Positions 9,424 through 19,471 are shown, counted from the stretch's first letter. The stretch is 64,000 nt of DNA from an uncultured Spirochaetota bacterium (GCA_963781885.1 CAWAHW010000003.1:96001-160000), one strand, 5' to 3'. Program-made: numbers and translations. Notes: generated by a model from the letters alone, not told the origin.

Positions 9424-11214
9424 CTAGAAGAGCATCGCTTCCATGAAGCGAGCCTGGAACTCCGGTTTGCCGCCCAGCTCCACGAAACGCGCGCGCCGCG
9501 CGGCCTCGGAGGCCTTCCTGCCGTACGCGCGCGAAAGGAGCGTCATCACGGCGCCTCGCAGCGCGGCATTGCCCACCACTTCCACGCGCGCGAGGTCCAT
9601 GGGGGGGATGAGGCCGATGCGCATTGCTGCCCGCGCGGAAAGGCCCGCGCCGAAATTGCCCGCCAGGCGCAGCGCGTCCAGCTCGTCGACGGAAAGACCG
9701 CTCACGTCGAGGAGCGTGTCGATTCCCGTGCGCACGGCGCCTTTTGCCAGCTGCAGCTTGCGGATGTCGCTCTGTGCGATGTACACGCTCCTGTCCTCCG
9801 AGAGGGAGAAGGCCGATTCGCCGTCCTGGAAGAAGAGCCGGGCCCGGAGTGCGGGCTGCGCGATCTCCTCCGCGTCGACGAACCGACCGGTCGCATCCAC
9901 GACGCCCCAGTCCAGGAGCTCTGCGAGCCCGGCGATGAGCCCCGTCCCGCAGATTCCCCGGGGAGCCGCATCGCCGACCGTGCGAACTGAGGTACTCCCG
10001 TCGTCAGCAATGGATACGTCGAGGATTGCCCCCTGGATGGCGCGCATGCCGCAGGAGATCTGGGCGCCCTCGAAGGCGGGTCCAGCAGCCGTGGAGGTCG
10101 TGAGCATGTCGCCATTCCGCGCGAGCACCATCTCCCCGTTCGTCCCGATGTCGATGGACAGGGTGGTCTTCTTTTCCTCCGGGAGGTCCAGGGCGACGAT
10201 CATCCCGACGGTATCCGCGCCGACGTATGCAGAGACGAGCGGCAGGGTCTCCACGTACCCGTTCTCCTGGAATGTCCAGCCATAGTCGCGCGGCGGGCAC
10301 CGCAGGGAGCGCGCCACGACGGGCACGTAGGGAACGTGCGTGAGCTGGTAGGGATCGATGCCGTTGAGGATGTGGATCATGATGGGATTGCCCACCACGA
10401 CGGTTTTCACCACCTGTCCGGGGGAAACACCGGTCTCCGCGAGCATCTGCCGCGCGCCTTCTTCTATCGTACGCAGCGCGGCGGCGCGCACCGGGGTCCT
10501 GTCGGCATGGAAGCTCTGGGCGCGGGAAATGACGTCGGCGCCGAAGGAGACCTGGCCGTTCTGAAATGCCTTGCGCGACAGGCGCGCCCCGGTCTCCAGG
10601 TCGAGCAGCGCGATGTCCACGGTGGTGGTTCCGAGGTCCACCGCGAAGCCGTGACAGTGCGCGTCCCGACCGGCGAGCCAAAGGAGCTCGTTTTCTTCGC
10701 AGACTGCCTCGACGCTCCACTCACGTGCCCGCAGCATCTGCGAAAGCTTCTCCAGCGACGCCGGGTCGGGTGGGGTGGCCGCGATGCCCTGCCGCGCAAG
10801 GCCCTCTTCCAGGCGCTCCCAGTCGGCCCGCTCGTCCTCGAGGCTGGGCTGCGCAAGCTGCACCTTCACGCGCCGCGTCGATCCGCTTCCGATCGTCGTC
10901 TCGATGTCGTCATCGCGGAGGCCCTGGGTCCACGACCGTGCCGACATCCGTTCTTCGGGAATCTCGACCGTGCAGTCCTCCATCACGGGGAGCTGGCAGG
11001 CAAGCCTCACCCCGCCGGCCGCCTCGCTCTCCTTGAGGCGTCCTTTTCCCGCCGCAGGGGCAGGCGTGACCTTCACCCTGCATTGCCGGCAGCCTCCCTT
11101 GCCGCCGCATGGATAATCGAGGTGGATGCCCGCCGCCTGCAGGGCATCACGGAGAAGGGCGCCCGACGGCGTTTCGATCGTCCTGCCGATGGGGAGGACG
11201 GTGATGTGGGGCAT
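9424..11214 (-). CDS. ASKHA-domain [2Fe-2S] protein, RACo/DUF4445-type reductive activator of corrinoid enzymes
   Basis: N-terminal ferredoxin CGGKGGCRQC...LAC, then DLGTTT, GADVISR, DIGTNGE, AGPAFEG, GICGTG, LQLAKGA, AGNFG. Confidence 0.92.
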   Translation of the reverse strand: MPHITVLPIGRTIETPSGALLRDALQAAGIHLDYPCGGKGGCRQCRVKVTPAPAAGKGRLKESEAAGGVRLACQLPVMEDCTVEIPEERMSARSWTQGLRDDDIETTIGSGSTRRVKVQLAQPSLEDERADWERLEEGLARQGIAATPPDPASLEKLSQMLRAREWSVEAVCEENELLWLAGRDAHCHGFAVDLGTTTVDIALLDLETGARLSRKAFQNGQVSFGADVISRAQSFHADRTPVRAAALRTIEEGARQMLAETGVSPGQVVKTVVVGNPIMIHILNGIDPYQLTHVPYVPVVARSLRCPPRDYGWTFQENGYVETLPLVSAYVGADTVGMIVALDLPEEKKTTLSIDIGTNGEMVLARNGDMLTTSTAAGPAFEGAQISCGMRAIQGAILDVSIADDGSTSVRTVGDAAPRGICGTGLIAGLAELLDWGVVDATGRFVDAEEIAQPALRARLFFQDGESAFSLSEDRSVYIAQSDIRKLQLAKGAVRTGIDTLLDVSGLSVDELDALRLAGNFGAGLSARAAMRIGLIPPMDLARVEVVGNAALRGAVMTLLSRAYGRKASEAARRARFVELGGKPEFQARFMEAMLF

Positions 11215-11353
11215 GGCGGCATAGTAATGGCGGGCGCCGCGCCGGGCAAGGGGGCCGCCCCGGCCTTGCTCCGGGCACACCGTGTTGTGCCCCCGCGGCG
11301 ACGCCACACGACGCAAACTTGACGGTCCGCGTCGGGCGGGCTACCTTTGCTGT

Positions 11354-12091
11354 ATGCCACGGACATTGAAGGCTCCCCTTCGCGCAGCCGGCGTCGTCTG
11401 CCTCTGCCTCCTCGCCACCCTTTCCTGCTCGGTGAACCAGACCATCGCCATCAAGGGCGACGGCTCGGGCACGCTCGTCATGCACGCGGAGGTCTCCAAG
11501 CTCCTCCACGACTACATCGCAAGCCTCGCCGAGGTCTCGGGGACCGGCGCGGTCATGAAGGGCGGCAAGCTCTTCGACGTGGAAGCCATCCGAAAGGATT
11601 TCGAGTCCCGTCCGGGCATCACGGTGAACAAGGTCGCAAGCCCCACCGCGGACTCGCTCGACCTGCAGATCGCCTTCACCTCCCTGCAGAGCGTCTTTGC
11701 CCAAAACGACGCGCTGAAAAGCGCGGGCGCCGTCGTGTACACGGAATCAGAGGGAAAGAAGACGGTGAAGCTCCACCTCGACCGGTCGAATTACACGCAG
11801 CTTTCGTCCCTTTTTCCCCTCCTGAAGGATCCGGCGTTCGCGGGTCTTGGACCGCAGGTGAACGATACGATCAGCGATGCCGACTATACGGAGATGATCA
11901 GGTTCACAATGGGCGATGACGGCCCCGCGCTCCTAAAGAAATCCTTCATCACCATGACCATCAATCCCGATGGCGATATCGTTTCACAGACAGGGGGCAC
12001 GGTGAGCGGCGGCGCGGTGACGTTCCGCATCCCTCTCCTGCGCCTTCTCGTGCTCGACAAGCCCCTGGACTATTCGGTGACGTTCAAGTAA
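11354..12091 (+). CDS. Hypothetical lipoprotein
   Basis: Signal peptide with lipobox-like LLATLSC, followed by a beta-rich soluble domain. Confidence 0.75.
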   Translation: MPRTLKAPLRAAGVVCLCLLATLSCSVNQTIAIKGDGSGTLVMHAEVSKLLHDYIASLAEVSGTGAVMKGGKLFDVEAIRKDFESRPGITVNKVASPTADSLDLQIAFTSLQSVFAQNDALKSAGAVVYTESEGKKTVKLHLDRSNYTQLSSLFPLLKDPAFAGLGPQVNDTISDADYTEMIRFTMGDDGPALLKKSFITMTINPDGDIVSQTGGTVSGGAVTFRIPLLRLLVLDKPLDYSVTFK

Positions 12092-12914
12092 CGGGTTCCT
12101 TGCGCGGGGCCTGGCGCGCTGCGGGAGACGCGTGCGCCTTTTCGATTTCCAACGCCCTTTTGTACGACATGCGAAACCATCCCTTATCGATCCAGTACTG
12201 ATGTTCAAAATCCCCGTACGCGGACCCTTGCGTGTCCCTCGCGTGGGCGCGGCGCGTGTGGAACTTCATAAACACAAAAAAAACGTAGTTGATGAAACGT
12301 GGCCTGACGGGAGCGGCTCCGCTCAGCATTCGGGCAACCCTTCGGGCGAGCTTTCGATGCCTGTCCCTGTACAGCTCCCGATTCGGGAAACACCCCGGCT
12401 GTTGCGCGAACGCACGGAGATGACCGACCATGATGCAACCCATCATGGTCATCACCTGGGAAAGATATCTCTGCGTCGGACGGATTCCGTCCGATCCGGC
12501 CGTGACCGCGGTAAGGGCTGGTTTTCCCAAAAGGCCGACGAGGTGTATCCACATGAACGTCCGATCGAACAGGGCTTTCGTCTGTGCGGAGACATGTTGT
12601 TCGTACACGGGTGAGCCGACAATCAGGAGATCGCTTTCCCGCATCTTCTGCATGAGCTCCGGCAAGGCGTCTGTTTTTCGAATACACGCCCCTTTTTTCA
12701 TGCACGCCCAGCAGCCATGACAGGGCTCAACCCGGTGGTCGCCGAGAGAGAGGATTTCATATTCGACGGCGCCATTGCAGCTTTTCACCATTTCGAGGAA
12801 ATCCCGTGTCATCGCGATCGTGTTCGATCGTGCATCATTGGGACTCCCGACAATCGCAAGGATCCTTTTTGTGGCACCCGGGGCTTTTCCCGCGTCGAAA
12901 CCGGTCTGCATCAT
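12084..12914 (-). CDS. Flavodoxin-family / iron-sulfur flavoprotein (NADPH-dependent FMN reductase fold)
   Basis: GSPN...SNT, CHGCWAC...C, GSPVY, KALFDR; GGAGG ribosome-binding site upstream. Confidence 0.88.
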   Translation of the reverse strand: MMQTGFDAGKAPGATKRILAIVGSPNDARSNTIAMTRDFLEMVKSCNGAVEYEILSLGDHRVEPCHGCWACMKKGACIRKTDALPELMQKMRESDLLIVGSPVYEQHVSAQTKALFDRTFMWIHLVGLLGKPALTAVTAGSDGIRPTQRYLSQVMTMMGCIMVGHLRAFAQQPGCFPNRELYRDRHRKLARRVARMLSGAAPVRPRFINYVFFVFMKFHTRRAHARDTQGSAYGDFEHQYWIDKGWFRMSYKRALEIEKAHASPAARQAPRKEPVT

Positions 12915-12935
12915 CACGACAGCCTCCTGCAAATA

Positions 12936-13011
12936 TATGAACTAAAGTTCATAATACAAAGAGGTACCGACCCTGTCAAGCGGAATGTGCACTTTGGTTC
13001 ATATCTTGACA
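12936..13011. promoter_or_regulatory. Divergent promoter with two TetR-type palindromic operators
   Basis: TATGAAC-TAAA-GTTCATA (12936-12953) and variant TGTGCAC-TTTG-GTTCATA (12986-13003). Minus-strand TTGACA (12979-12974)-17 bp-TATTAT; plus-strand TTGACA at 13006. Confidence 0.75.
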
Positions 13012-13042
13012 CATCGCGGTCAAAGGGGCATGAGATTCTTCC

Positions 13043-13679
13043 ATGTCTTCAACGGCAAGGAAACCGGCCAGAAAAACCAGAATTCCTCGACAGAAGCGTG
13101 GCATCGACACGCGCGCACGCCTTCTGAAAGCCGCCAAGGCGCTTTTTGCGAAGGAGGGTTTCCATGCAACCAATACGAAGCGCATTGCGGCGAGAGCAGG
13201 CGTGGCGGTCGGAAGCCTCTATGCGTATTTTGCCGATAAAAAGGGCATCTTTCTTGCCGTGCTGGAAGAACACAATCGCGTGATCATTGGGAGAATGGGA
13301 GTCGCCGTTCCGGATCCTGGCCGTTTTGGCCGACAAAAAAGGCGGTCTCGAAAGGCTCATCCGGGAGCTCGTTCGTGCCCACCAGCTGAACCCCGGTTTG
13401 CTTCGACAGGCCTCGCTCCTGCGGGAGACTGATCCGGACGTACGGCGCCTGATGGATGGACAGGAGAAGGAGCAGCGCAACATTGCAGGGCAGTACCTGG
13501 CGGCGTGGCAGGATCAAATCGTGGCGAAAGACCTTCCCGCGGCGGCGTTTGTGGTCTTTGGCGCCGTCGAGTCCGTTGCGCACAGCCTGGCGCTGGCCGA
13601 AACTGACCTCGACCAGAAACGCCTCACCGCCGAGCTCAGTACGATGATTCTGCGTTATCTCTTCATTCAGGAAGAATAG
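13043..13679 (+). CDS. TetR/AcrR family regulator; frameshift near 13298
   Basis: HTH LFAKEGFHATNTKRIAARAGVAVGSLYAYFADK; C-terminal domain continues in the frame of 13287..13679 after an extra G in ATGGGA. Confidence 0.88.
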
Positions 13680-13759
13680 TCGCAGCCTCCTCTCGGGCCA
13701 GGGCAGGACCGGTCCTCTGCGGTGTTGAATGGGACGTGAGGCAATCCGGAGGGATCATC

Positions 13760-15265
13760 ATGCAGGAAAAGGTCGTCATCATCGGCGCGGGCGCGTCTGG
13801 CCTGTGCCTGGGAAGCTACCTGGCCATGAACGGGTTCGCGGTGGAAATCTTCGAGATGCACAACGCTCCCGGGGGCGTCTGCACCTCGTGGAAGAAACGC
13901 GGCTACACGTTCGACGGATGCATCCACTGGCTCATGGGCTCGGGCCCGTCGTCGCGCCTGCATGAGCTGTGGCGGGAGCTGCACGCCGTGCAGGGAAGGC
14001 AGTTCGTCGAATGGGATGAGTACATAAGCGTGCGGACGAAGAGCGGAGAAACATTCACGGTGTACACGGACCCTTCGCGGCTCGAAGCGGAGATGCTACG
14101 CATCGCGCCGGAAGACGCCGCGCCCATCCGCGCGCTCTGCCACGCGATCGAACGCGTCTCGAAGGCAGACATCCCCCTCGCCATGGAGAAGATGAGCCTG
14201 CCCCGCAGAATCCGCGCGCTCTTCGCGGCGGCGCCGATGGGTCTGGCCATGATGCGCTGGGGATCAATGTCCGTTCCCGCGTTCTGTGCGCGGCTTTCCA
14301 ACAAGGTCCTGGCGGAGGCGTTGTCCAGCCTGTACGGCGGAGACGACCAGATGCCCGACTTCCCCCTGACCGGGCTCATCATGATGCTCGCCTTCATGCG
14401 GAAGAAATCCAACGGTTACCCCCTCGGGGGTTCCCTGGCGTTTGCGCGTGCCATCGAGAAGCGATTCTGCGAGCTGGGCGGGGTCATTCACTACGGGGTG
14501 CGCATCGATCGGATCATGGTGCAGGAGGGGCGGGCGGTCGGCGTCGCCGATGGTATGGACGAGCACCCCGCCGACCTCGTGGTCTCCTGCGCTGACGGGC
14601 ATGCGACGATCTTCGACATGCTCGGCGGGCGATACGTGAGCGCCAGGGTTCGCGAGGCCTACGATTCGTTTCAGACTTTTCCCGGCCTTCTCTGCGTCGG
14701 GTTGGGGATCGCCCGCGACATGCGCGGCATGCCGTCGACCCTCCTCTTTCCGCTGAAGAAACCGATCCGCCTCGAGCAGGGCGCGCTCACGCTGAGCAGC
14801 CTCGGGGTGCGTTTCTTCACGTTCGACCCGACCATGGCGCTACCGGGCAAGACCGCGGCCGTCACCATGATCTCGACGCGGAACCATGAGTACTGGACGA
14901 GGCTGCGGGAGACCGATCCCGCGGCCTACGGAAGAGAGAAGACACGCATCGGGGAGCTCGTCGTCGCGGCGCTCGAAGAGGAGCTCGGCGGCATCAAGGA
15001 TTTCGTCGAGGTGATCGACGTGTCGACCCCCGCCACTTGGATCCGGTACACGGGCAACTGGAGGGGAAGCTACGAAGGGTTCGTCCCCACCAGGAAGACA
15101 ATGATGAAGAGCCTCGGATTCACGCTCCCCGGGCTCCGCCGCTTCTATATGAACGGCCAGTGGGTGACAATCGGGGGAGGCCTGCCGCCCGCGGCCATGA
15201 ACGGCCGCGCACTGGCGAAAGTCATCTGTCGCGAGTTCGGGAGGAAGTTCGCGGCGACCGTTTGA
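13760..15265 (+). CDS. Phytoene desaturase-like FAD-dependent oxidoreductase
   Basis: IIGAGASGL, GGVCTSW..GYTFDGCIHWL, TPATWIRYT, GQWV..GGGLP. Confidence 0.88.
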   Translation: MQEKVVIIGAGASGLCLGSYLAMNGFAVEIFEMHNAPGGVCTSWKKRGYTFDGCIHWLMGSGPSSRLHELWRELHAVQGRQFVEWDEYISVRTKSGETFTVYTDPSRLEAEMLRIAPEDAAPIRALCHAIERVSKADIPLAMEKMSLPRRIRALFAAAPMGLAMMRWGSMSVPAFCARLSNKVLAEALSSLYGGDDQMPDFPLTGLIMMLAFMRKKSNGYPLGGSLAFARAIEKRFCELGGVIHYGVRIDRIMVQEGRAVGVADGMDEHPADLVVSCADGHATIFDMLGGRYVSARVREAYDSFQTFPGLLCVGLGIARDMRGMPSTLLFPLKKPIRLEQGALTLSSLGVRFFTFDPTMALPGKTAAVTMISTRNHEYWTRLRETDPAAYGREKTRIGELVVAALEEELGGIKDFVEVIDVSTPATWIRYTGNWRGSYEGFVPTRKTMMKSLGFTLPGLRRFYMNGQWVTIGGGLPPAAMNGRALAKVICREFGRKFAATV

Positions 15266-15347
15266 GGGGGCTCTGCCCGCGGGCGCGTCGACCTTCGCGC
15301 GACGCGCCGTATCGCGCGCGCCTGCATTCGACGGCCCGCCGCGGCAT

Positions 15348-17516
15348 TTACGGCGCGAGCGTCAGGTGCGCTCCCGTCACCTCGAAATCGGCGCTGAGCG
15401 GGCGCGCGCCCAGCAGAGAGATGCTGCGCGAATCTGGCTGGCTGCCGCCGACGTGGACGGTGAAGCTGCCCGGCTCGATCACCCGGGCACCCGCGTCATT
15501 GACGAGCGACATCTGCCGCGCGTCTATCGTGAAGGAGACCTCGGCGCCCGCGCCCGCGTCCAGGTGCACGCGCCGGAACCCGACGAGACTCCACCGCGGC
15601 ACACGCGTGGATGCTTTCACATCGGTGAGATATGCCTGCACGATTTCATCCGCGCGCATCCGCCCTGTATTCGTGACGCGCACCTTCACCGCGAGGTCTT
15701 CGCCTGCCTTCACGGTCTTTTGGGAAAGCTCCAGGCCTTCATAGCGGAATGTCGCATACCCGAGACCGAAACCGAAGGGGTACAGCGGCTCCTCCTCGAT
15801 GAACTTGTACGTGCGGCCCTGCATGGAGTAGTCGGTGAAAGGCGGGAGCTGATCGGACGACGTGACAAAGGTCACGGGCAGCTTGCCCGAAGGGCTGTAC
15901 GCGCCGAAGAGGGCCTCGGCGACTGCGGTTCCTCCGGCCTGGCCGGGGTACCATGCCATGAGTATTGCCGCGACGTGCTCCGCTGCCCATGTGACCGCAA
16001 GCGGGCTTCCACCCGTGAGCACGAGCACGACCGGCGTGCCTGACGAAGCGACTGCCTCCAGGAGCTGCTGCTGGAGACCCGGCAGCCCGAGCTCCCGTCG
16101 ATCCCCCATCCATTCGGACGGATGGGCGGCGTCCTCCTCGCCTTCCAGGACGGGATTCAGCCCGAGACAGACGATGGCGACGTCGGCGCCTGCCGCGGCG
16201 GACACGGCTTCCGCAAAGCCATCGTCGGGCTTGTCGCCCCAGGGGCTGTCCATGCCCGGCGTGAAGTTGCATCCCCGCGCGTATTTCACCGCGGTGCCCG
16301 CGCCGGCGGTTGCGCGGATGCCTTCCAGCAGCGTGACCGGCCTTGACAGCATGCCGCTGTAGTTGCCCAGCAGCACGTCGCGGTTGTCCGCGGCAGGCCC
16401 GATCACCGCGATGCGTCGCGGCGAGGAGAGGGGGAGGAGGAGGCCCTCATTTTTCAGGAGCACGATGGATTCGCGCGCCATGGCGAGGGCAAGCGCGCCG
16501 TGCGCGGGGCTGTCATTCACCTCATAAGGGATCGAGGCGTAGGGCACATTCTCCGGCGGGTCGAACATGCCCAGCATGAACCGCGCGTGGAGGAGGCGGC
16601 CGAGGGAGCGATCGATCTCCGCCTCGGTGATGAGCCCCTGGCTCACCGCCTCGACGAGGCTGGGATACACCATGCCGCATTCAAGGTCGCATCCGGCTTT
16701 CACCGCGCGCGCCGCCGATTGCTCCGGGGTGCGCGTCACCGTGTGATGGAGGTGGATGTCGGCGATGGCGCCGCAGTCCGAGACGACATAACCCTTGAAA
16801 CCCCACTCCGTGCGCAGGATTTTTTCCAGGAGCGTCGGGCTCGCGCAGCAGGGCTCGCCATTCGTCCTGTTGTACGCGCCCATGATGGACAGCGCCTTTC
16901 CCTCCACGATGCAGTCGCGGAAAGCCGGCAGGTATGTCTCCCGGAGGTCCTTTTCGCTCACCTGCGCATCGAACTTGTGCCGGAGGGCTTCCGGACCGCT
17001 GTGCGCCGCGAAATGCTTCGGTGTCGCCACGACCTTCAGGAAGCGCGTGTCATCGCCCTGGAGACCCGTGACGAAAGCCACGCCCAGCCGTCCGGCAAGA
17101 TAGGGATCCTCGCCATAGGTTTCCTGGCCGCGCCCCCAGCGCGGATCCCGGAAGATGTTGACATTCGGCGTCCAGTAGGTGAGCCCCTTGTAGATGCGCC
17201 GATCGCCGCGGCGCGCGGACTCGTGATGCTTCGCGCGCGCCTCATCGGCGATGGCGCCCGCCGCCGTATGCAGAAGCTCGGTGTCGAATGAAGCGGCCAT
17301 GCCAATGGCCTGGGGAAAGACGGTGGCGACGCCCGCGCGCGCCACGCCGTGAAGACATTCATTCCACCAGTTGTAGGCCGGGATGCCCAGCCGGGGAATC
17401 GCGGCAGAGGCATTGACCATCTGGGAAACCTTTTCCTCCAGGCTCATGCGGCCCAGGAGGTCCTCGACGCGCGCATCGACAGGAAGCGCGGGATTCATGT
17501 AGGGAGAGACGGGCAT
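15348..17516 (-). CDS. Glycoside hydrolase family 3 (beta-xylosidase/beta-glucosidase) with Fn3-like domain
   Basis: WWNECLHG, RDPRWGRGQETYGEDP, KHF, nucleophile motif VSDCGA; no signal peptide. Confidence 0.95.
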   Translation of the reverse strand: MPVSPYMNPALPVDARVEDLLGRMSLEEKVSQMVNASAAIPRLGIPAYNWWNECLHGVARAGVATVFPQAIGMAASFDTELLHTAAGAIADEARAKHHESARRGDRRIYKGLTYWTPNVNIFRDPRWGRGQETYGEDPYLAGRLGVAFVTGLQGDDTRFLKVVATPKHFAAHSGPEALRHKFDAQVSEKDLRETYLPAFRDCIVEGKALSIMGAYNRTNGEPCCASPTLLEKILRTEWGFKGYVVSDCGAIADIHLHHTVTRTPEQSAARAVKAGCDLECGMVYPSLVEAVSQGLITEAEIDRSLGRLLHARFMLGMFDPPENVPYASIPYEVNDSPAHGALALAMARESIVLLKNEGLLLPLSSPRRIAVIGPAADNRDVLLGNYSGMLSRPVTLLEGIRATAGAGTAVKYARGCNFTPGMDSPWGDKPDDGFAEAVSAAAGADVAIVCLGLNPVLEGEEDAAHPSEWMGDRRELGLPGLQQQLLEAVASSGTPVVLVLTGGSPLAVTWAAEHVAAILMAWYPGQAGGTAVAEALFGAYSPSGKLPVTFVTSSDQLPPFTDYSMQGRTYKFIEEEPLYPFGFGLGYATFRYEGLELSQKTVKAGEDLAVKVRVTNTGRMRADEIVQAYLTDVKASTRVPRWSLVGFRRVHLDAGAGAEVSFTIDARQMSLVNDAGARVIEPGSFTVHVGGSQPDSRSISLLGARPLSADFEVTGAHLTLAP

Positions 17517-17716
17517 GGAGGTTCCTTTCTGCACGGGGCGCCGCCGCCGCGATCGAATGGCATCCACCCCGGCGTCTTGTCCCTGTAGGGTTGCGTGGAA
17601 AGTCCCTGTTGTCAATGGAGCCCTCCATTTTGGCCCGCGGGCTGCTCCGCCAGCCGCGAGATTGACAGGTCACCGCCCGTCAGCCAGAGTGCAGGAAGGT
17701 TCAACGGAGGTAGGAT

Positions 17717-18118
17717 ATGGTCATTGGAAAGCTTTCCGAACCGATGCTCGCGGCGCTCCTGGACACCCTCCCGGTGGAGTTCTCCATCACGGACGCCGAC
17801 AACAAGGTCGTGGCCTGGAACAGGCATGAGACGCGGCTTTTCCGCCGTTCCCCGACGGTCATCGGGAAGGACGTGCGCAACTGCCATCCCAAGAAGAGCG
17901 TGGCGATGGTGGAGCGGATACTCTCCGAGATGAAGGCCGGCACGCGCGAAAGCTCCGAGTTCTGGCTGGACCTCGATGTTGACGGGAAGCGGGAAAAGGT
18001 GCTCATCCAGTACTTCGCGCTGAGAGACGCGGCGGGGAAGTTCATCGGCTGTCTCGAATGCTCCCAGAAGATCGGGCATATCCAGTCTCTCGCGGGCCAG
18101 AAGCGCCTTATCGATTGA
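17717..18118 (+). CDS. Stand-alone PAS-domain protein (PAS_10-like)
   Basis: LLDTLPVEFSITDADN...IGKDVRNCHPKKS...IQYFALRD..GCLE; GGAGG ribosome-binding site. Confidence 0.85.
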   Translation: MVIGKLSEPMLAALLDTLPVEFSITDADNKVVAWNRHETRLFRRSPTVIGKDVRNCHPKKSVAMVERILSEMKAGTRESSEFWLDLDVDGKREKVLIQYFALRDAAGKFIGCLECSQKIGHIQSLAGQKRLID

Positions 18119-18230
18119 GAGAGATGGCCGCGCGCAGGCGCGGCGGCCGGGAGCGGCATCGGGAAAGTCGGCATTCCCGAGGGCGAAATCGGAGCGCGGC
18201 CGGACGGTGGGAATGGCGAATGAATTATCG

Positions 18231-18256
18231 CTGTATGTGCGATAGCGCGCATACAG
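18231..18256. promoter_or_regulatory. Palindromic operator, candidate Crp/Fnr-family site
   Basis: CTGTATGTGCG-ATAG-CGCGCATACAG, 11-bp arms with one mismatch, in an intergenic gap upstream of the Crp remnant. Confidence 0.55.
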
Positions 18257-18367
18257 GCGGCGTGCGATGACGTAGCTTGAGATGTCATGATTCTTATCTC
18301 ACCTGGACCTGAATGCCCTGCTGATCAAGGCGTCGATTGAGCTCATTCATGGCGCCGAAAAACGTCA

Positions 18368-18641
18368 ATGCCGCGGGTGCGATCCGCGCGGATGGCAGCG
18401 CGAAAGGACCGCCTCTCAGGTCCCGCGGGGGTCATAATCCTGCTTGCCGCAACGATCCTGTCGGTCGCTCTTGGGGTTACGGCAACACTCCTGGTTTTCG
18501 GTCAGGCAGGTTCAATGGCGGCTGTGCAAAGCCACTCTGCGATTGAAGCAGGCGTCGCGGCAGGCCTCCTGGCGATCCTGCTCGCCCTGCTGTTCGTTTC
18601 GTCGCGTTCCCGCCGATCGCGTCTCAGCCTCGTGAAGGGCC
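18368..18641 (+). CDS. Small two-TM membrane protein fragment running out of frame into the Crp remnant
   Basis: Two hydrophobic stretches (VIILLAATILSVALGVTATLLVF; GVAAGLLAILLALLFV); the frame becomes non-protein-like after about 18640. Confidence 0.4.
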
Positions 18642-19214
18642 GTCTCGCTTCACTACCTCACCGAGTCCGGAGCAACGGCCGAAGTCGCGGGCGTCGGCAA
18701 CGAGGGCATCGTCGGCGTCTCCATCTACATGGGAGGTATCAGCGCGTCCAACTCCGCCGTCGTGCAGACCGCCGGCGCCGCCTACAGGCTCGGGCGCGGG
18801 TGGCTCCTCCAGGAGTTCAACCGCGCCGGCACCGTGCAGAAGCTGTTGCTTCGCTACATGCAGGCTTTGATGACCCATGTCGCGCAAACGGCAGTCTGCA
18901 ACCGGCACCACACGGTGGAGCAGCAGCTGTGCCGCTGGCTGCTCCTCACGCTGGACAGGCTGCCGACGAATCAGCTCGTCATGACCCAGGACCTGGTTGC
19001 GAACATGCTGGGCGTTCGTCGGGAAGGCATCACCGAGGCTGCCGGGAATCTGCAGCGTTTCGGCTTCATCAGTTACCGTCGCGGGCATATCGCGGTCCTG
19101 GACCGCGCCGGCCTCGAAAAGCATGTCTGCGAGTGCTACAACGTGGTCAGGACCGAAATGAAAAGGTTGTTCTCTGACATGCAGATTCGACAGACAAGTC
19201 CCATTCCTGCCTGA
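18642..19214 (+). pseudogene. Crp/Fnr family regulator lacking its N-terminus
   Basis: VSLHYLTESGATAEVAGVGNEGIVG...CNRHHTVEQQLCRWLL...TQDLVANMLGVRREGIT; an in-frame TGA at 18633-18635 lies just upstream. Confidence 0.8.
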
Positions 19215-19394
19215 CGGTCAGCACGGCACGTCGGGATTCATTCCCTCGAACTGATGCCCATGCAGACGCATGAACCGCGCGATGCTTCGTTCCGGGCCGG
19301 ACAACGTCCGGGCGCTCCGCCGGGTCGATCATCGCCTCACTGGAGGCCCCCACCGGGAGACAATGTCGCTCGCCGCGTCGGTGCGCGCCACTAC

Positions 19395-19451
19395 TTGACA
19401 AAACCTCCTCCGCAAATCATCCTGTCGTCATGTCGACATGAAGACTATAAT
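19395..19451 (+). promoter_or_regulatory. Promoter with operator made of three 8-bp repeats (site 1)
   Basis: TTGACA at 19395, TATAAT at 19446; TCCTGTCG-TCATGTCG-ACATGAAG-ACTAT, matching the site at 22283. Confidence 0.65.
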
Positions 19452-19471
19452 TTATTAAGGGGAGGATTTCG

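Noticed and set aside
7520-9427. 635-aa plus-strand ORF and many similar long Arg/Pro/Ala-rich ORFs
   Set aside because: Alternative-frame or antisense shadows of recognisable genes, expected at high GC.
13760-15265. Carotenoid biosynthesis (crtI)
   Set aside because: No phytoene synthase or other crt genes; the context is a TetR module.
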